Assembly: GCA_032718475.1 (NCBI GenBank)
Contig: JAUCBJ010003987.1
Coordinates: 31,528-95,527, forward strand
Length of the DNA stretch: 64,000 nucleotides
Source: Nemertoderma westbladi
Lineage: Eukaryota; Animalia; Xenacoelomorpha
Direction: 5' to 3'
The first letter of the stretch is position 1, and every line of letters starts with the position of its first letter. This document shows, piece after piece, positions 11,150 through 23,869 of this stretch. Position numbers and translations under genes: made by a program. The notes under the pieces were generated by a model. That model had not been told where the DNA came from. It saw only the letters and a list, made by a program, of their open reading frames with translations, and searched no databases.

Positions 11150-13060
11150 AACTAGATATGTTTTATTTCCGTAATATTGGAAGGGAGGCTGTTCCATAGC
11201 CATAGTCCTTGGAAACATAAATATTGCTGTGGGCTGTGGTGCTTCAAGGCATACTGGTGGGATGTAAAATAGGCCTCGCGAAGCAGCATGCGCGTTGTAT
11301 GAATGAGCTGATGATAAAGCGATTGCTGAATATGCTGAAAAAGATTAGAAACTAGACTTGAGATGTTGTTAGATACATCAACAATAATGTTGAGTACCTG
11401 AAATTTGTAAAGTTATTAAAGTGGCAAAATACCAAGGGCTTTGTTATATAGGAATATGTGCAAAGTCAAAATATGGCGCATCCGATAGAAAATGCCTGAA
11501 GACTTTGAAATGTGTTACAAGTTACAAAAAACAAGCAATTACATATGTAAGATATATATACACATTCCGGTCTATACCAACAAAAAACCCGTTAAATTAA
11601 AGTAATTATGTACTGTTATAGGCGTAACTAGATACAGTTGGCGTTTGACACTGATTACTTCTTATTGGCATTGTCCAAAAATGAGCAATTATTACAAAAG
11701 TAAGATAACACAATATGGTAGTGACTTAGAAATATAAAGAATTATAATTTCATCTAGCTGAGTAAGGCAGCAACAAAGTTAACAGACAGTCCCAGTAGTG
11801 CAGTGGTTTCTGGGACTGAGGTCTCCTTTGCCAATCGATCACATGCTGCATCATCTCCACCTGTTCCTGCGAGTGCCATAGCCGACGCTTACTAGTAGAT
11901 TATTATGTTAGTTCCTTATTGCGTCGATGGAAACAACTTTAAGAGCATAATCTCCTTAGATAGGTAGTACCTTCACGAGACCAGATAAACTTACAGTGAT
12001 ATTTATTCCTGATTCATTCATATCCATTCTCATTCATCATTGAATATTTTTCTATTGGTTGGGGTTAGATGTTCATTGAAGAATATCAGTGAGTTCAGTG
12101 AGGGCGCCGTTCCTTATTTGACCTCTTGCTCAAAAGAGCGTCTTTATTCTACCTATTAGTGAATTTGCAGATCAGGAGATTTTACTGGTTGGATTATTGA
12201 CCCCCCAGCCTATGGCATACCTGGTTCCTGGCGATATACCAGATACTTCTAACAAATGCGCTATCAGTATGTGTGTCTCTTCAAGCCTCATTTGGTCGAC
12301 CGATTCTGGAATCCCAGATATAATTAGGTTACCTGATCCATGTCGTTCAAAGTGGAAGCTTGTTCACCAATTATCCCCTGGTTACAAACCTTCTCTTTTA
12401 GTGCGGAAACTTCCGATTTTAATAGTATATTCTCTCTTTGCAGAGTAGTAACTAACCGTTTAACTCATTGTGCTGGTCAGACATAAAGTGCTGGGAATGT
12501 CCGATGTTAAGGAGCTTCTGATTTATCGCTTGTACTTTTGCCATTAAACTATTAATAAGGGATAAATCTTATAAAAGTCATTGCTAAAGTGAGATTTAAG
12601 TTGTTTGATGTCTACAGGCAGAGCCCAGAGCAGACTTTGCAGTCACTGCATTGTATTCAATATTGGAGCCCACATCAGCCAGCACACTACTAGGATCGGC
12701 ATGCTGCATTGCAGCTGCATTTTTAAGAATGCCGGCACAGATTTATCGTTTACAGCGGACCAGTCCGTAGACTGGAAGCAGCTTCAGGAGTATGTTGTTC
12801 TTTCTGACTGCATTCGACTGTAAGACCTACCATAGTCGCTTCGGCATTCTTTGTGGTTCTGGAGACAAATGATTATGGAAGACTTGTTACCTGATATCTG
12901 GAGTTCGCAACGGGCAAGTTAAGCCTTAAGTTGTCTGCTTGACCAGGCAGAATACGGTTGATCAAGGCCAGTGTCGTCAGCGTCGGAATTGTCAAGAAAT
13001 TCTTCTCCATTTCCAGTTTCAAACTCAGCAACAGTTGTGCTGGTGGATTGAGTCATTCCA
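11150..13060 (-). mobile_element. Decayed, internally deleted CR1-group LINE (ORF1 plus the 3' end of ORF2)
   Basis: Manual minus-strand translation gives NLIISGIPE, CHRLG, LICKF, IFFNEHLTPTNRKIF and KFIWSREG (12.0-12.35 kb), then GLWLWNSLPSNI near 11.2 kb. Confidence 0.65.
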
Positions 13061-13779
13061 TCAGATGCATATAATAGAAATTAACAATCATTAGGCCCAG
13101 CTGTATAGATTATGTCAACAGTGCAGGATTGCAGTACGCAGCAGTCCAGTAATGTCAACATATAATATTGATATTAGATAATAACATAAGTTTTATACAT
13201 GACCAGTGGGCCATCAAGCAACTGAACACATTGACTGATGATCAAAACACGAATTTTCAATATTGCAATTTTTCGAAAGTTTAGGTTAACATACACAGTT
13301 CTTGTTTAACAGTAATATGCTGAAATGGAGAGTGACAGAAATTGGTAAAAAAATGAAAAGTCACAATGTGAGTAGATTCCTTTGGGTCTGAAAGGTTTCG
13401 GATCCTTGGTTCGGATCAAGTGTGTTTACGCATCTGATATCTACCTACTCGTCTTAATCAATCTCACTCTGGTCTCGAACTGGGATTTTGTCATTGATAA
13501 ATCAAGTTGAAGGTTTGGTATGGATACCAGAGGAGTGTCAATGGAAAGAAAGGATTTGTTGTTGCTATGTATGTATATTTGCTCTGATAAAATAAAACTA
13601 TCTAAATTACGTTGAGGATAGCATAAATACTTGACCAACATAACAAATTGTTCAAACACACATCAGGGTCCTTATGGAACCAAGAGAGGTAATATTTGAT
13701 GTAGAATACGTAAACACAGAATGAATCTACACCAATAAATCATGGGTAATGTAATCAATATTGAAAAGTGACTCTAGTT

Positions 13780-16700
13780 GCCAGATATCTAGTACTTGGC
13801 GTTCTTGTAGTGTGAATCCAAGATCTTCACAATTTGTGGCCATCCTCATTGCGTAATCCCATACAATTACATATAGGAAAGGCGCCAATGTGTTACCTTG
13901 CAGTACGCCAGCCAGGATTGAGAATAATTCAAATTCACCATATGATGAGAGTACCTGCGCTTCTGTGTCACATATAACAATCCAATGCCAGCAACAATTA
14001 CTTCTGGTATTCCATAAGCTCTTAGTATTTGCAGCATTTTACCTCTATGGATGGAGTTGAATGCTTTCCTTAAGACCACACATGTGGGGCGAGACACGTA
14101 TGGCGAGCCATCAGCGAACTGATATAATTATACTATGGCCGTTTTTCAAAAGTCTGTGTGTGTGTGTGTGTGTGTCAGTGTGTGTGTCGGAAGCCATAAA
14201 TGTCGGAAGCCATAATCGAAGTTAATATCTTCAGCTAAATTGTATGGTTGAGTCATTTTGAACGGTCTCTCCATGGAAATTAATTGTTTAGCACCATACG
14301 ATTAAAGTTATTTTGCACAGAAATTAGATATCTGGAATCCATGTACCCCATTCTATTATAGTTTTTTATTTTTTCAAGTGATTTGCGTTAATAAATGTAT
14401 TTTTAATTGATTTAAACATAATTAACTTTGTAAATTCATACGCTGATTCCATTCTCCCCCATAGAGCCTAAGGCATGGCAAGGGCAGCCGTGCCCAATAA
14501 TATTTCTTGAAGTTTTACATTAGTAACATTGCAAGCTCAAGTCTTTGACCAAGCCAGTGCCTAGGCTAGTTAGTACACAAGGACATAGTAGTCCAGTAGA
14601 AGGAATAGTGCTCCTTCAATACATCTCAACAGACATCAATTAATTTGCCTGTGCCTACCAACGCGTGCTCCTTAACATAACATATATTCTTGATTTCCAT
14701 CACCTCTCACCACAATTATTATTAGTAATTAAAAGTTTCAATTCGGTTTGTCTTTCCGTTATCTGGTTATTCAGTTATTGCATTATTAATAAATAAATGT
14801 TTTAAAATATATCTTACGAAATATGGTTAATCATTAAAACTTGGCGCTAACATTCTCGCTATGGGGGTTTTAAAGAGTGTTGATTACATTTCTGATGTCA
14901 GTTTTCACGTTTACATAAATCTAGTCTGTCTGTCTGTCGGTCGTTCTGTCAGTCAGTCTGTCAAAACATAAAAGAGAATTCAAATTAACTAACATTCTCG
15001 CTATGGGGGATTTAAGGGGTGCTGATTTCATTTCTGATGTCAGTTTTCAGGTTTACATAAATCTAGTCTGTCTGTTTGTCGGTCTTTCTGCCAGTCAGTC
15101 AGTCTGTCAAAACTTAAAAAAGAATACAAACTAACCAACATTCTCGTTATGGGGGATTTAATGGGTGCTAATTTTATTTGAGATGTCGGTTTTCACGTTT
15201 AAAAAAATCTAGTCTGTCTGGCTGTCGGTCTTTCTGTCAGTCAGTCTGTGAAAACTTAAGAAAGTATACTAACTAACCAACATTCTCGCTATGGGGGTTT
15301 TAAGGGTTGCTGATTTCATTTTTGATGTCAGTTTACACGTTTACATAAATCTAGTCTGTCTGTCTGTCGGTCTTACTGTCAGTCTGTACTACTGTACTGT
15401 GGTTGGCATTACGCCATATACCTAACACTAATAATACAGTCTACAATACAGCCTATCTACAGTACAGAATGGATTTTTTGCCACGAAGAGCAATAAATGT
15501 CATTAATACTATCCACCAGTATACCTTATCCAAGAGCCTTCCAATAAAACATGTATTCCAGCATGACGTCCACTGCACGTCTTCGTGCTGTCCATTGTGA
15601 CGTGCAGTGGACGTCATAGGCTCTAAGGGGTTAAGCAACACGGTCCCTACTTCGCCCTGTCGACACCAAGGCCATTTTTCACCAATCCTTTTTTAGAGTT
15701 TTTTAATTTTTTTGGTATTGGTGAAAGTTCTACAACATTAGTAGATATGTTTTTTATGATAGCTAGTGTTTTTTTGCTAGCTAAGTATTTTTTGAAATTA
15801 TAAAAAATGTGAAAGTCCATGATATTTCAGGTTAAACTGTTGAAGAATATATTAATGACCAAAATAATTTCCAAAAATTACTAGCTAGTAAAAAATACTA
15901 GCTATATATCATAAAAAATCTACTAAGGTTCTAGAACATTCACTAATATAAAAAAGCACTCAAAATCACAAAAAAATAAAGGTTAAAAACTCATTCGGGA
16001 CTCTTTTGCTTAAGCAGTCAAAATTGTAGAAAAAATTCCCGAAGTTTGCGACGTTTGCGAAATTCGCGAAGAATCCGTCAGTTTCTGTGCCCTAATGGTT
16101 TCGTGACGAAACAATAAAATCTTACACACTTAACACACACGAACTAATTTAATGTGTGTACATGAAATCTACGGAATCAATACACAACACACGCACACTA
16201 CTGAATTTAAAAATTTATAAAGATTGCAACTTATATTTGGCTACCTTTTAGGCCTAATGGGTGACTAATTTAATTATTCACCCCTATATATTTGTAGCCT
16301 TTTTAATTTGTGCCTCTAATTGAATCAAACATTAAACTAAAATATATGTCACAATATTGGTCTGTCGGTAGCTGGTCAAAGAATCTCTCATAAATTTGTT
16401 AATTAGTCGCTGCACAGTCATTGAACATTTGAACACGTGCTGCTCGAAGACCCCACAACGTATCAGGATTGCATTGAGATTCTTCGACTTAATTCCTTCA
16501 ATCAGTCTCCGTAGCGCAAGTATCTGAGCTATTGTTGATCTATTTGGTCGAAATCCGTTTTGACTCTTACACACGGTAGTTCTTTATGTGAGGCTTAATT
16601 CTATATTGAATAATTTTGTTGTCACAACAGATCCCACGATAGTTTGTTGGTATACCGAAGTCTCCTTTTCTTGGCTTTAGTTGACTTTTTGTCCAAATTG

Positions 16701-16935
16701 GTGGTGGCTCCATAATATCCTGTTTTACAATACCTCGGCAGGGATTTCATCTAATCCACTGGCTTTATTATTGGACATGCTGTTAATGTTTCTCTGGAGT
16801 TCGGCAGGTGTGAAGTCCCCTGTTTCTATAGGTAGTGTCTTGTCATATATTTTCCTTGTAGGGCTGACCTCGATGTTTGGTGGTTGCCCAAGCAAGTTGC
16901 TGAAGTGATCTTTCCATTTCCCAACACGTTCTTCA
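13780..16935 (-). mobile_element. RTE LINE copy (same family as 48.9-50.8 kb) split by about 2.4 kb of insertions
   Basis: 16465-16935 matches about 49160-49700 and 13800-14080 matches about 49700-50000. The two pieces are contiguous at the VDFKKAF codons. Confidence 0.8.
14849..15385 (+). repeat. About 143-bp tandem repeat, about 4 copies, with (CTGT)n blocks
   Basis: AACATTCTCG(C/T)TATGGGGG recurs at about 14849, 14991, 15137 and 15279. Confidence 0.85.
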
Positions 16936-18687
16936 TTACCAGTATACAAAGTAATCTAAATTGATTTAATTTTGTCTCAGAGAGGAAGAGCAATTCGAAT
17001 ATAAATCAAGAGGTTACCATAGATTACAATATTATTGAATTATTTTTTCTACTGTACCAGCGTTAAATCTGAAATGTTCGAGTGCCAAATTTACTCGCCA
17101 TTGTGTTAAATGTTCCATGTTCAGAGAATATTAACAATTGCTTACATACACTAACACAAGCTTACATCGGGAATGTAAGCTACTGCGGAGCGTTATGGAA
17201 AAACGGGGAATAAATTCTTGAGTAATAAGTTGTTTGGTAGTAATATCGCAGGTTCTATTCCAAAATGATCTGCTGCGGGACCAGAATAGAACATGTGGTA
17301 TACAGGGTTGTAGAGTCACTTTATACAAGGGTTGAGCTGTGAAGTATGTATGCTTCATATTATATAAAATTCACAAATATATTTGCAAATTTGTTGCTAA
17401 ATAAATGTAAAATGTAAATAAAGCTTTCAATATTTCTTTAAATATTCTTGTCTTTCAATATTGCTTTCAGATGATAGATAGATACTGCCATAAAGTGGCG
17501 ATATTTTGTACAGAATATCCTTGTGGATTAGGATTAACTATAAATATTTCAGCATAACGGCCAAAGTCTATCATGGATGGATAGTTTCAGATAACTAAAC
17601 ACCGTTAATTAATATGTCATGCCGACGTAATAATCAAGTTTTAGATAGACACTTCTGTAACCAGGGGAACAAAAATTAGATAAACTCTCTGTAATCGAGT
17701 TGAGAGATTTTTACTTAAGTAAAATGCATATAACTCATGAAAAAATGAACCATAACCCTGTAATGTTACTAATATATTGCTTAATCTCTCAATTTCCAAG
17801 TTGACTTTGTATCACAATAAAGTTATATTATGACGTACAGTACATGCAGTTTAACAACCATGAGATAAAAATCAATCAATACAGAAGGGGTAGACAAATG
17901 AATTTTGAATGTTGTCAAATATGATGGTTTGGAATCCTTTAGATTGTAGTCCTCCCTAATTGTATAGTATTGAATTATTCTGCAAAGAAAAATATAAATA
18001 TATGCCTATATATATGATGTACAGTTTTTTTTTTTCAATATAAATATTAAATTATTAGCAAGAATCTGAATTTATAGGCAATAATTATTGTAGATTTTCT
18101 GGCACCATAGACAATAAATATATTTTTGTTGGAAATATAAATGGTAATAAACGAAATCTAACAATTTTTGGTAAAGTCTTATTTCACTGGTGCCTGTAAT
18201 CCGTAACATCGATTGTTTTCAAATTATTAATAAATATTTAAATATTTTATTCCAAAATTGTAACATTACTCAATGCCGTTAGAAATAGCAACGAGTTGTT
18301 ATTTAGCACTTTACAACTTTGTATTGGATTACAGCATTGTATTGGCCTGTACATTTAGTATTGTATTTGGTGTTAGTAGTTTAGTAATGTCCCGTTAGAG
18401 GACATTACTTAACGCTGTCTTTGGATACCACGTAAACAATAGGTGGTATTTGCCTGACAGCCAGATAGGCCTACTGCATTACCTAACGGTAGGCAGGGTA
18501 GAGCTATTAATAACCAGTAGCTATAAACTATTAGCATGGCTCCAAACACCACCATAAATATAAGCTAACTTATTTATAACATAATTTATGTCATTTTTAC
18601 ATTTATTTATACAGTCAACTAATATAATTTATGTAGTTTCTATCACTTATAATGTATATGTACAATCATTTCGTAATGTTAAAATTT

Positions 18688-18855
18688 TGGAATAAAACTG
18701 CATACATACTTGTTGCAAAGTACTTTACAGTGTTCTGATCCTCGTGGCTTTATTTTCACTCACTCACTAACGTTCGTTCGTGTAATAAAGCCACTCGGAT
18801 CTTCACACTGTAAAGTGCTACTTTACACACAAGTATGTAAATAGTTATTATTCCA
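18688..18855. repeat. Palindromic (hairpin) MITE-like element
   Basis: Arms TACATACTTG..TTTACAGTG..GATCC..GTGGCTTTATT and AATAAAGCCAC..GGATC..CACTGTAAA..CAAGTATGTA. Confidence 0.75.
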
Positions 18856-20191
18856 ATTATTAATAAATATTTAAATATTTTCCATTACTTTTCTTATATA
18901 ATATTACAAAGTCAAATAGTAAGGACAAAAATTAAGTAATAACATGAAATTAATCAAATACAAGTGGAATTAAGACAAATGAACGAATATATATCTTTAC
19001 ACATTAAATTAATCTAAACTTATTGTCAATATAAATAAACTATAATAAACTCATAAATTACTATTATTACATCAAGCCGCCAAATGTTATTTAGTTTGAA
19101 TGTCTTGCACCAACATGTTTACCAACAATTTTACAAAAACTGATCTTTTCGCGATCATGAACTCGATCATTTGAATGGGCTTCTCCAACCAAGATAAATT
19201 TATAATTTTAAATATTAATTTATAATTAATTTATAGATAATATATATATATACAATATAAATTTATTTAAATAAATAAATAAACAAAGATAAATTTGGGC
19301 ACTGTAACCTAATCTGAACATAGAGTTCGTGTAATTTTACGGGGTGTGAAATTAAACTCTTTATAATGGATAGAATACATTCAAACAATTGGCAGTCTTC
19401 AAAAGTGACCTACGGACTCTGTAAGTTGTCAATTTGACAAAATCACCAATTGTACATTACATGTTATCTCTGAAACACGAATATTGCCCACCAAGGACAA
19501 TTGCCACCAAAACAATTTTTAACCTCGTTCCTCTTAGTTGTATTTCAATGTGGAATTGATAATAATTATTCGTACTTGTAATTTACATAATTACTCATAA
19601 TTTTACACATTCAACTAAAAATAAATCCCATCAATTACTGGCATAAAATCTTGTACAATATTTATTACTTCCAAAATTACTCAATGTAAACAAACGGGTT
19701 AGCAAAATAGAACACTTGAAGCAATGAACTTAACTTGCCAATAAATTGGTTCCATTTTCTTAAAAGATCTAAGTTTCATTTTATTTTGAGAGAATTGGAA
19801 AGCGTCCTTCACCCCTGGTAAAATAATTCCATTCAGTGTAATTATGTCCAATGCTTCCCTCCATATAGACCCCAACCCAAAACCTATAACACTTTGATAG
19901 TTTGATAGTATTTGTGATAAAAACAAGGTTGATTTTCCTTTGTGAAACTATAGCAGAAAGATGGAGATGTTATAATGATGGGCAAAGGATGATTATCTCG
20001 TCAGCATATGCCAGAGCTCCAAGGAATATTTTTAACACATCATACATAAACCCTAAATCACAAATCATGCAATATGTGTAATGTTGAATCCAAGAGGAAG
20101 TAAAACAGAATAGTATAGTTATACAATTGGAAGACTAATGAGATGCTTCAAATATATAATAGAATCTGGGTCTATGAGAGAGATAACATAA

Positions 20192-21427
20192 TTAAATACT
20201 AATTTTCATTTCAATTTTTTCAGCAGGACCTACAGCAGTGAACTCCTGCCACCAAGGCCCATGAAAATTGACGAAGTCGTTATAAATTCCATTCAAATTT
20301 GCGTGCGAACATTTCTTATACCACCAAGCGCCACTGAAATGCTTGGCGCAGTTCAAATAGTATTTATCGTTGTCTTTATCCTTTGTGGTGAAGGGCTGAC
20401 CATCTAACCAATTATCACCAGTTGGATCACCAGGTAGCAATGCGTCCCCTGCAGTCCCTTGGTATCCTGAGACGCCCAAAATATAATTTGTGCTTTCCGA
20501 ACCAACTTTGAATGAAGAATATTCCGCGAATCTGTATTCCCCCTTATACCAGATATCCACTCTCAGTTTAACCCCTCCAGCAGTAAGATTGTGTATGGTA
20601 TCCAACCCTAACCAAAATTCGTTGCTAACATCACCGAATCCAGACTTATAATACGCCCACTCCCGAAAGAAGTTAACAGCTCCATTAATTCTCCTTTGAA
20701 TCACCAACCATGGGCCACCTGGGAACGTTGTGTCACATCTGATTAACCCATTTAGACCTTGTTGACTATTATAGATGCTAACTGAGTTATTCAGTTGATA
20801 ATTTTGGCAAAGATGATTTGAAAGAAGATATCCTAAAGCAACCAGTATTGAATTCTTTTGCTGAAGAATTCTCTCAGTAATTGTGTTGCTTTGATTATTT
20901 AGCTGACCAGAAAACTTATCAACTTTTTCCACAACACTTTTATTTAATTCCTTAAGTTGTTCATTTTGAATATCAGAGAATAATTTACTTTGCTCACCAA
21001 TGGTACCATTGAATATCGCAATTTGTTCTTGAAGTTTATCAGAATGTATTTCCATTTCCCCATTTAACTTTGCCTTTAGCTCTTTTGTTTTATCATTTAG
21101 TTCAGCTAAATAATTCTTTATATCTTTATTTATATCACTTTCCAAACTGATCACTTCTATATCACTTTGATAACTACCAGATACCATAGCATTAGCAATG
21201 GCGATTTCACCGACCAACACAATTAGTAAACCAGTAAATATAACAGCCATCACCGTCCACAAACACTTGTAATTATTTAGCTTATTTCTTGTATATCTAG
21301 ATGCATATTGATTGTCTTGGATTTTATCTGGAATAACTATGTATAGAGGATTATTATAATCTGAATTATCTTCTTGAAAGTCAATGACACCGCTCTCAGC
21401 TGTTATTGGACTCATATCAGTTTCCAT
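20192..21427 (-). CDS. FReD-2: type II membrane fibrinogen-related-domain protein (class B, Glu in TM), 411 aa
   Basis: Uninterrupted ORF. Tail DYNNPLYIVI. TM LWTVMAVIFTGLLIVLVGEIAIA. Coiled-coil stalk and complete FReD. Confidence 0.93.
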   Translation of the reverse strand: METDMSPITAESGVIDFQEDNSDYNNPLYIVIPDKIQDNQYASRYTRNKLNNYKCLWTVMAVIFTGLLIVLVGEIAIANAMVSGSYQSDIEVISLESDINKDIKNYLAELNDKTKELKAKLNGEMEIHSDKLQEQIAIFNGTIGEQSKLFSDIQNEQLKELNKSVVEKVDKFSGQLNNQSNTITERILQQKNSILVALGYLLSNHLCQNYQLNNSVSIYNSQQGLNGLIRCDTTFPGGPWLVIQRRINGAVNFFREWAYYKSGFGDVSNEFWLGLDTIHNLTAGGVKLRVDIWYKGEYRFAEYSSFKVGSESTNYILGVSGYQGTAGDALLPGDPTGDNWLDGQPFTTKDKDNDKYYLNCAKHFSGAWWYKKCSHANLNGIYNDFVNFHGPWWQEFTAVGPAEKIEMKISI

Positions 21428-21494
21428 AGTATAATATTGCTAAGCATTCAACAATGTATTTTCATTCATGAAACTGCACGTTAAACCCAATATT

Positions 21495-21735
21495 ATTATA
21501 ATAATTAATAATTTTTAATAATTACAAATTAAATAATAATTAATAATTAAATAATAATTAATAATTAAATAATAATTAATAATTAAATAATAATTAATAA
21601 TTAAATAATAATTAATAATTAAATAATAATTAATAATTAAATAATAATTAATAATTAAATAATAATTAATAATTAAATACTAATTAATAATTAAATAATA
21701 ATTAATAATTAAATATTATAATTAATAATAATAAT
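21495..21735. repeat. Nearly pure A/T 18-bp minisatellite (ATTAAATAATAATTAATA)n
   Basis: About 11 near-perfect units starting about 70 bp upstream of the FReD-2 ATG. Confidence 0.9.
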
Positions 21736-22999
21736 TTTAGATACTTTATATTACTTTGTATTACTATATTTTTAATGATAAGTATAAAATGCATGGGTAG
21801 TGAGAATTTCACAAACTCTAGCTAACAATACCCACTTAGTGGGTTTAGCTGATCTACTGTCAGTGGAAGATCTAATGTGCGGAGTCTTTAACACAATAAA
21901 AAGTGACGATTGGCAAAAATGATACTGCTAACCCCATTGAAGCGGGATCTGTTGTCTTAATAAATGGGCATTAGAATACCTGTCAACCCATCAGCCTTTC
22001 CACAGGGGCAACTGATGGAGAAGGAACATACATTGAATGAGGAGTCAATCAAATTTATTGAGTAGATGAGACGAGATGAGATGGAGCCTGGTGTAATGCA
22101 AGGCAATCGAACCTTGTTGTTGGGAGACCGGATGGAGCCCCTTATTGAGGGCCGCAGTCCAGACCAGACTCCTCACGAATTCCATGCACACACAATCCAC
22201 CACTAGCATACACCCGCTGTCATGGATTGAGTTGAATAGAAATCCTCTGACTAGAAAGTGAAATTAAAGGGATAACTAACTTAGAGCAATCCACTCCAAC
22301 AACGCCAAGATGGGTGGAGTAACGGACTATCAACCAAGATGAAACAATGAGAGCTGATGACTGCGACTCGATCAAGATAAACTTTCAAAACATTATTGAC
22401 GAGTTATTTGGGAAGTTTTATTATTATACTAGGATACTACAGTGAACTGTTAGTTGTTTAACCTGTTGAAGAAAAAATTTACCAACAATAAGAAATTTGC
22501 CATAAACATTTTATTGGATTAATGGAGGTGACTTGGAATGGAACAGAAGGCCAGTTAGAAAGTAAATCTTATTGTATTTCTGGAAAAAAAACATTGAATT
22601 ATGTTGTATATACGTTTAAGTGCAAGAAAAAGAGGAAATAATGTATTATACTGTATATATAGAAAATATGTAACTTATATATGAAGTTTGAATAGGTTAT
22701 TGATTAGAAGATGAGATTATGAAACTATGCAAATATGCATTACTTTCATTTTAAGTACAAACATATAAATTAATAAACAGTCATGTGCAGTTATCTTATC
22801 AAAATCACAATGAACTATGTCCATTATACGTTTCAGTTAAATTTATTTATTTTATTGGTATATAATTATTGCTTATGTATTATAACATAGGAAATTGATT
22901 GATGCTTGTAACAAACTCAGCAGAAAGAAATTCAGCCAATTATGCATCAATCGCTGGATTAGGAATTATTTTTAAATTTTATAAAAATTTTTGTTTTAT

Positions 23000-23420
23000 G
23001 AAGTTTTATGAAAATCTGCCTGGAATTATAAAGGACATTCTGAAACACAATGTCAGTGTCATTGCAGGTGATGCGAATGCCTAAATGGGCCCAAAGGACA
23101 TCAAGGGTTGCATCTATAATACCAGTTCGAACAGAAATGGGGGCTTAATCGTATACCTATGGAAGAACGTGAATTGATACCAATAAAAATCACATTTATA
23201 AAGTGTAAGTTGAAGCTTTCAATTCCCAAACGAAACCAAAGTGCGGGTGGACTTATCTGTGTCAAAAAAAGTGGAGGAAGAACATACTTAACTGCGAGGC
23301 ATACTTGTCGTTCAACCTAATTGGCTTGTACTATAAAATCAAGACGGTGGTGGTACGAAACAGTTTGAGGGACAGCAAAAACAGCTCAAGCAAGCGAATC
23401 AACTATGACTGTGATAAACT
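23000..23420 (+). mobile_element. Decayed RTE endonuclease fragment
   Basis: FYENL..IIKDILKHNVSVIAGDANA. A homologous decayed copy lies at 43360-43520 plus 44250-44400. Confidence 0.6.
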
Positions 23421-23869
23421 TAGATCAGGGGTCGCATTCACCAAGCTCCCTAAATTAGACCGAACATATATACCCAGTTGAAACTAATACGATTGAAACA
23501 CAATCTAAACTGTATTTACCAAGATTATAATTACCTAATTAGTTCGTAAATTAGTACAAACTAGTTTACCTAATACTAGTAGGTAAATTAGATTGAACTC
23601 TACCTAAAATCATTCAGCGGGGCCTTTTATCGGAGTAATGTAGCTCAGTGACGGTACCAAAGTAGGCATGGCATGATTCATGACTAAGGTTCGCTCATGC
23701 CTTAGGTTTAAGGTACATTGTGAATTACCGATGTTTCTCTTTGGAAGTTTTTAAACATTGATGAAAAGTTTAACACTACTATAGAAATATTCTATGCATA
23801 ACTAGTAATGTATTGGGTCTATGTAAATGCTACGCCTACACCTACGTCTACACCTACATATCTGTTCGG

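Noticed and set aside
13380-13700. Second Penelope-like 3' end with a hammerhead-like GATCCGAAAC
   Set aside because: Too degraded; neither the protein motif nor the ribozyme core could be established.
19699-19926. Possible exon of another host gene
   Set aside because: Short, no recognisable motif and no clear splice context.
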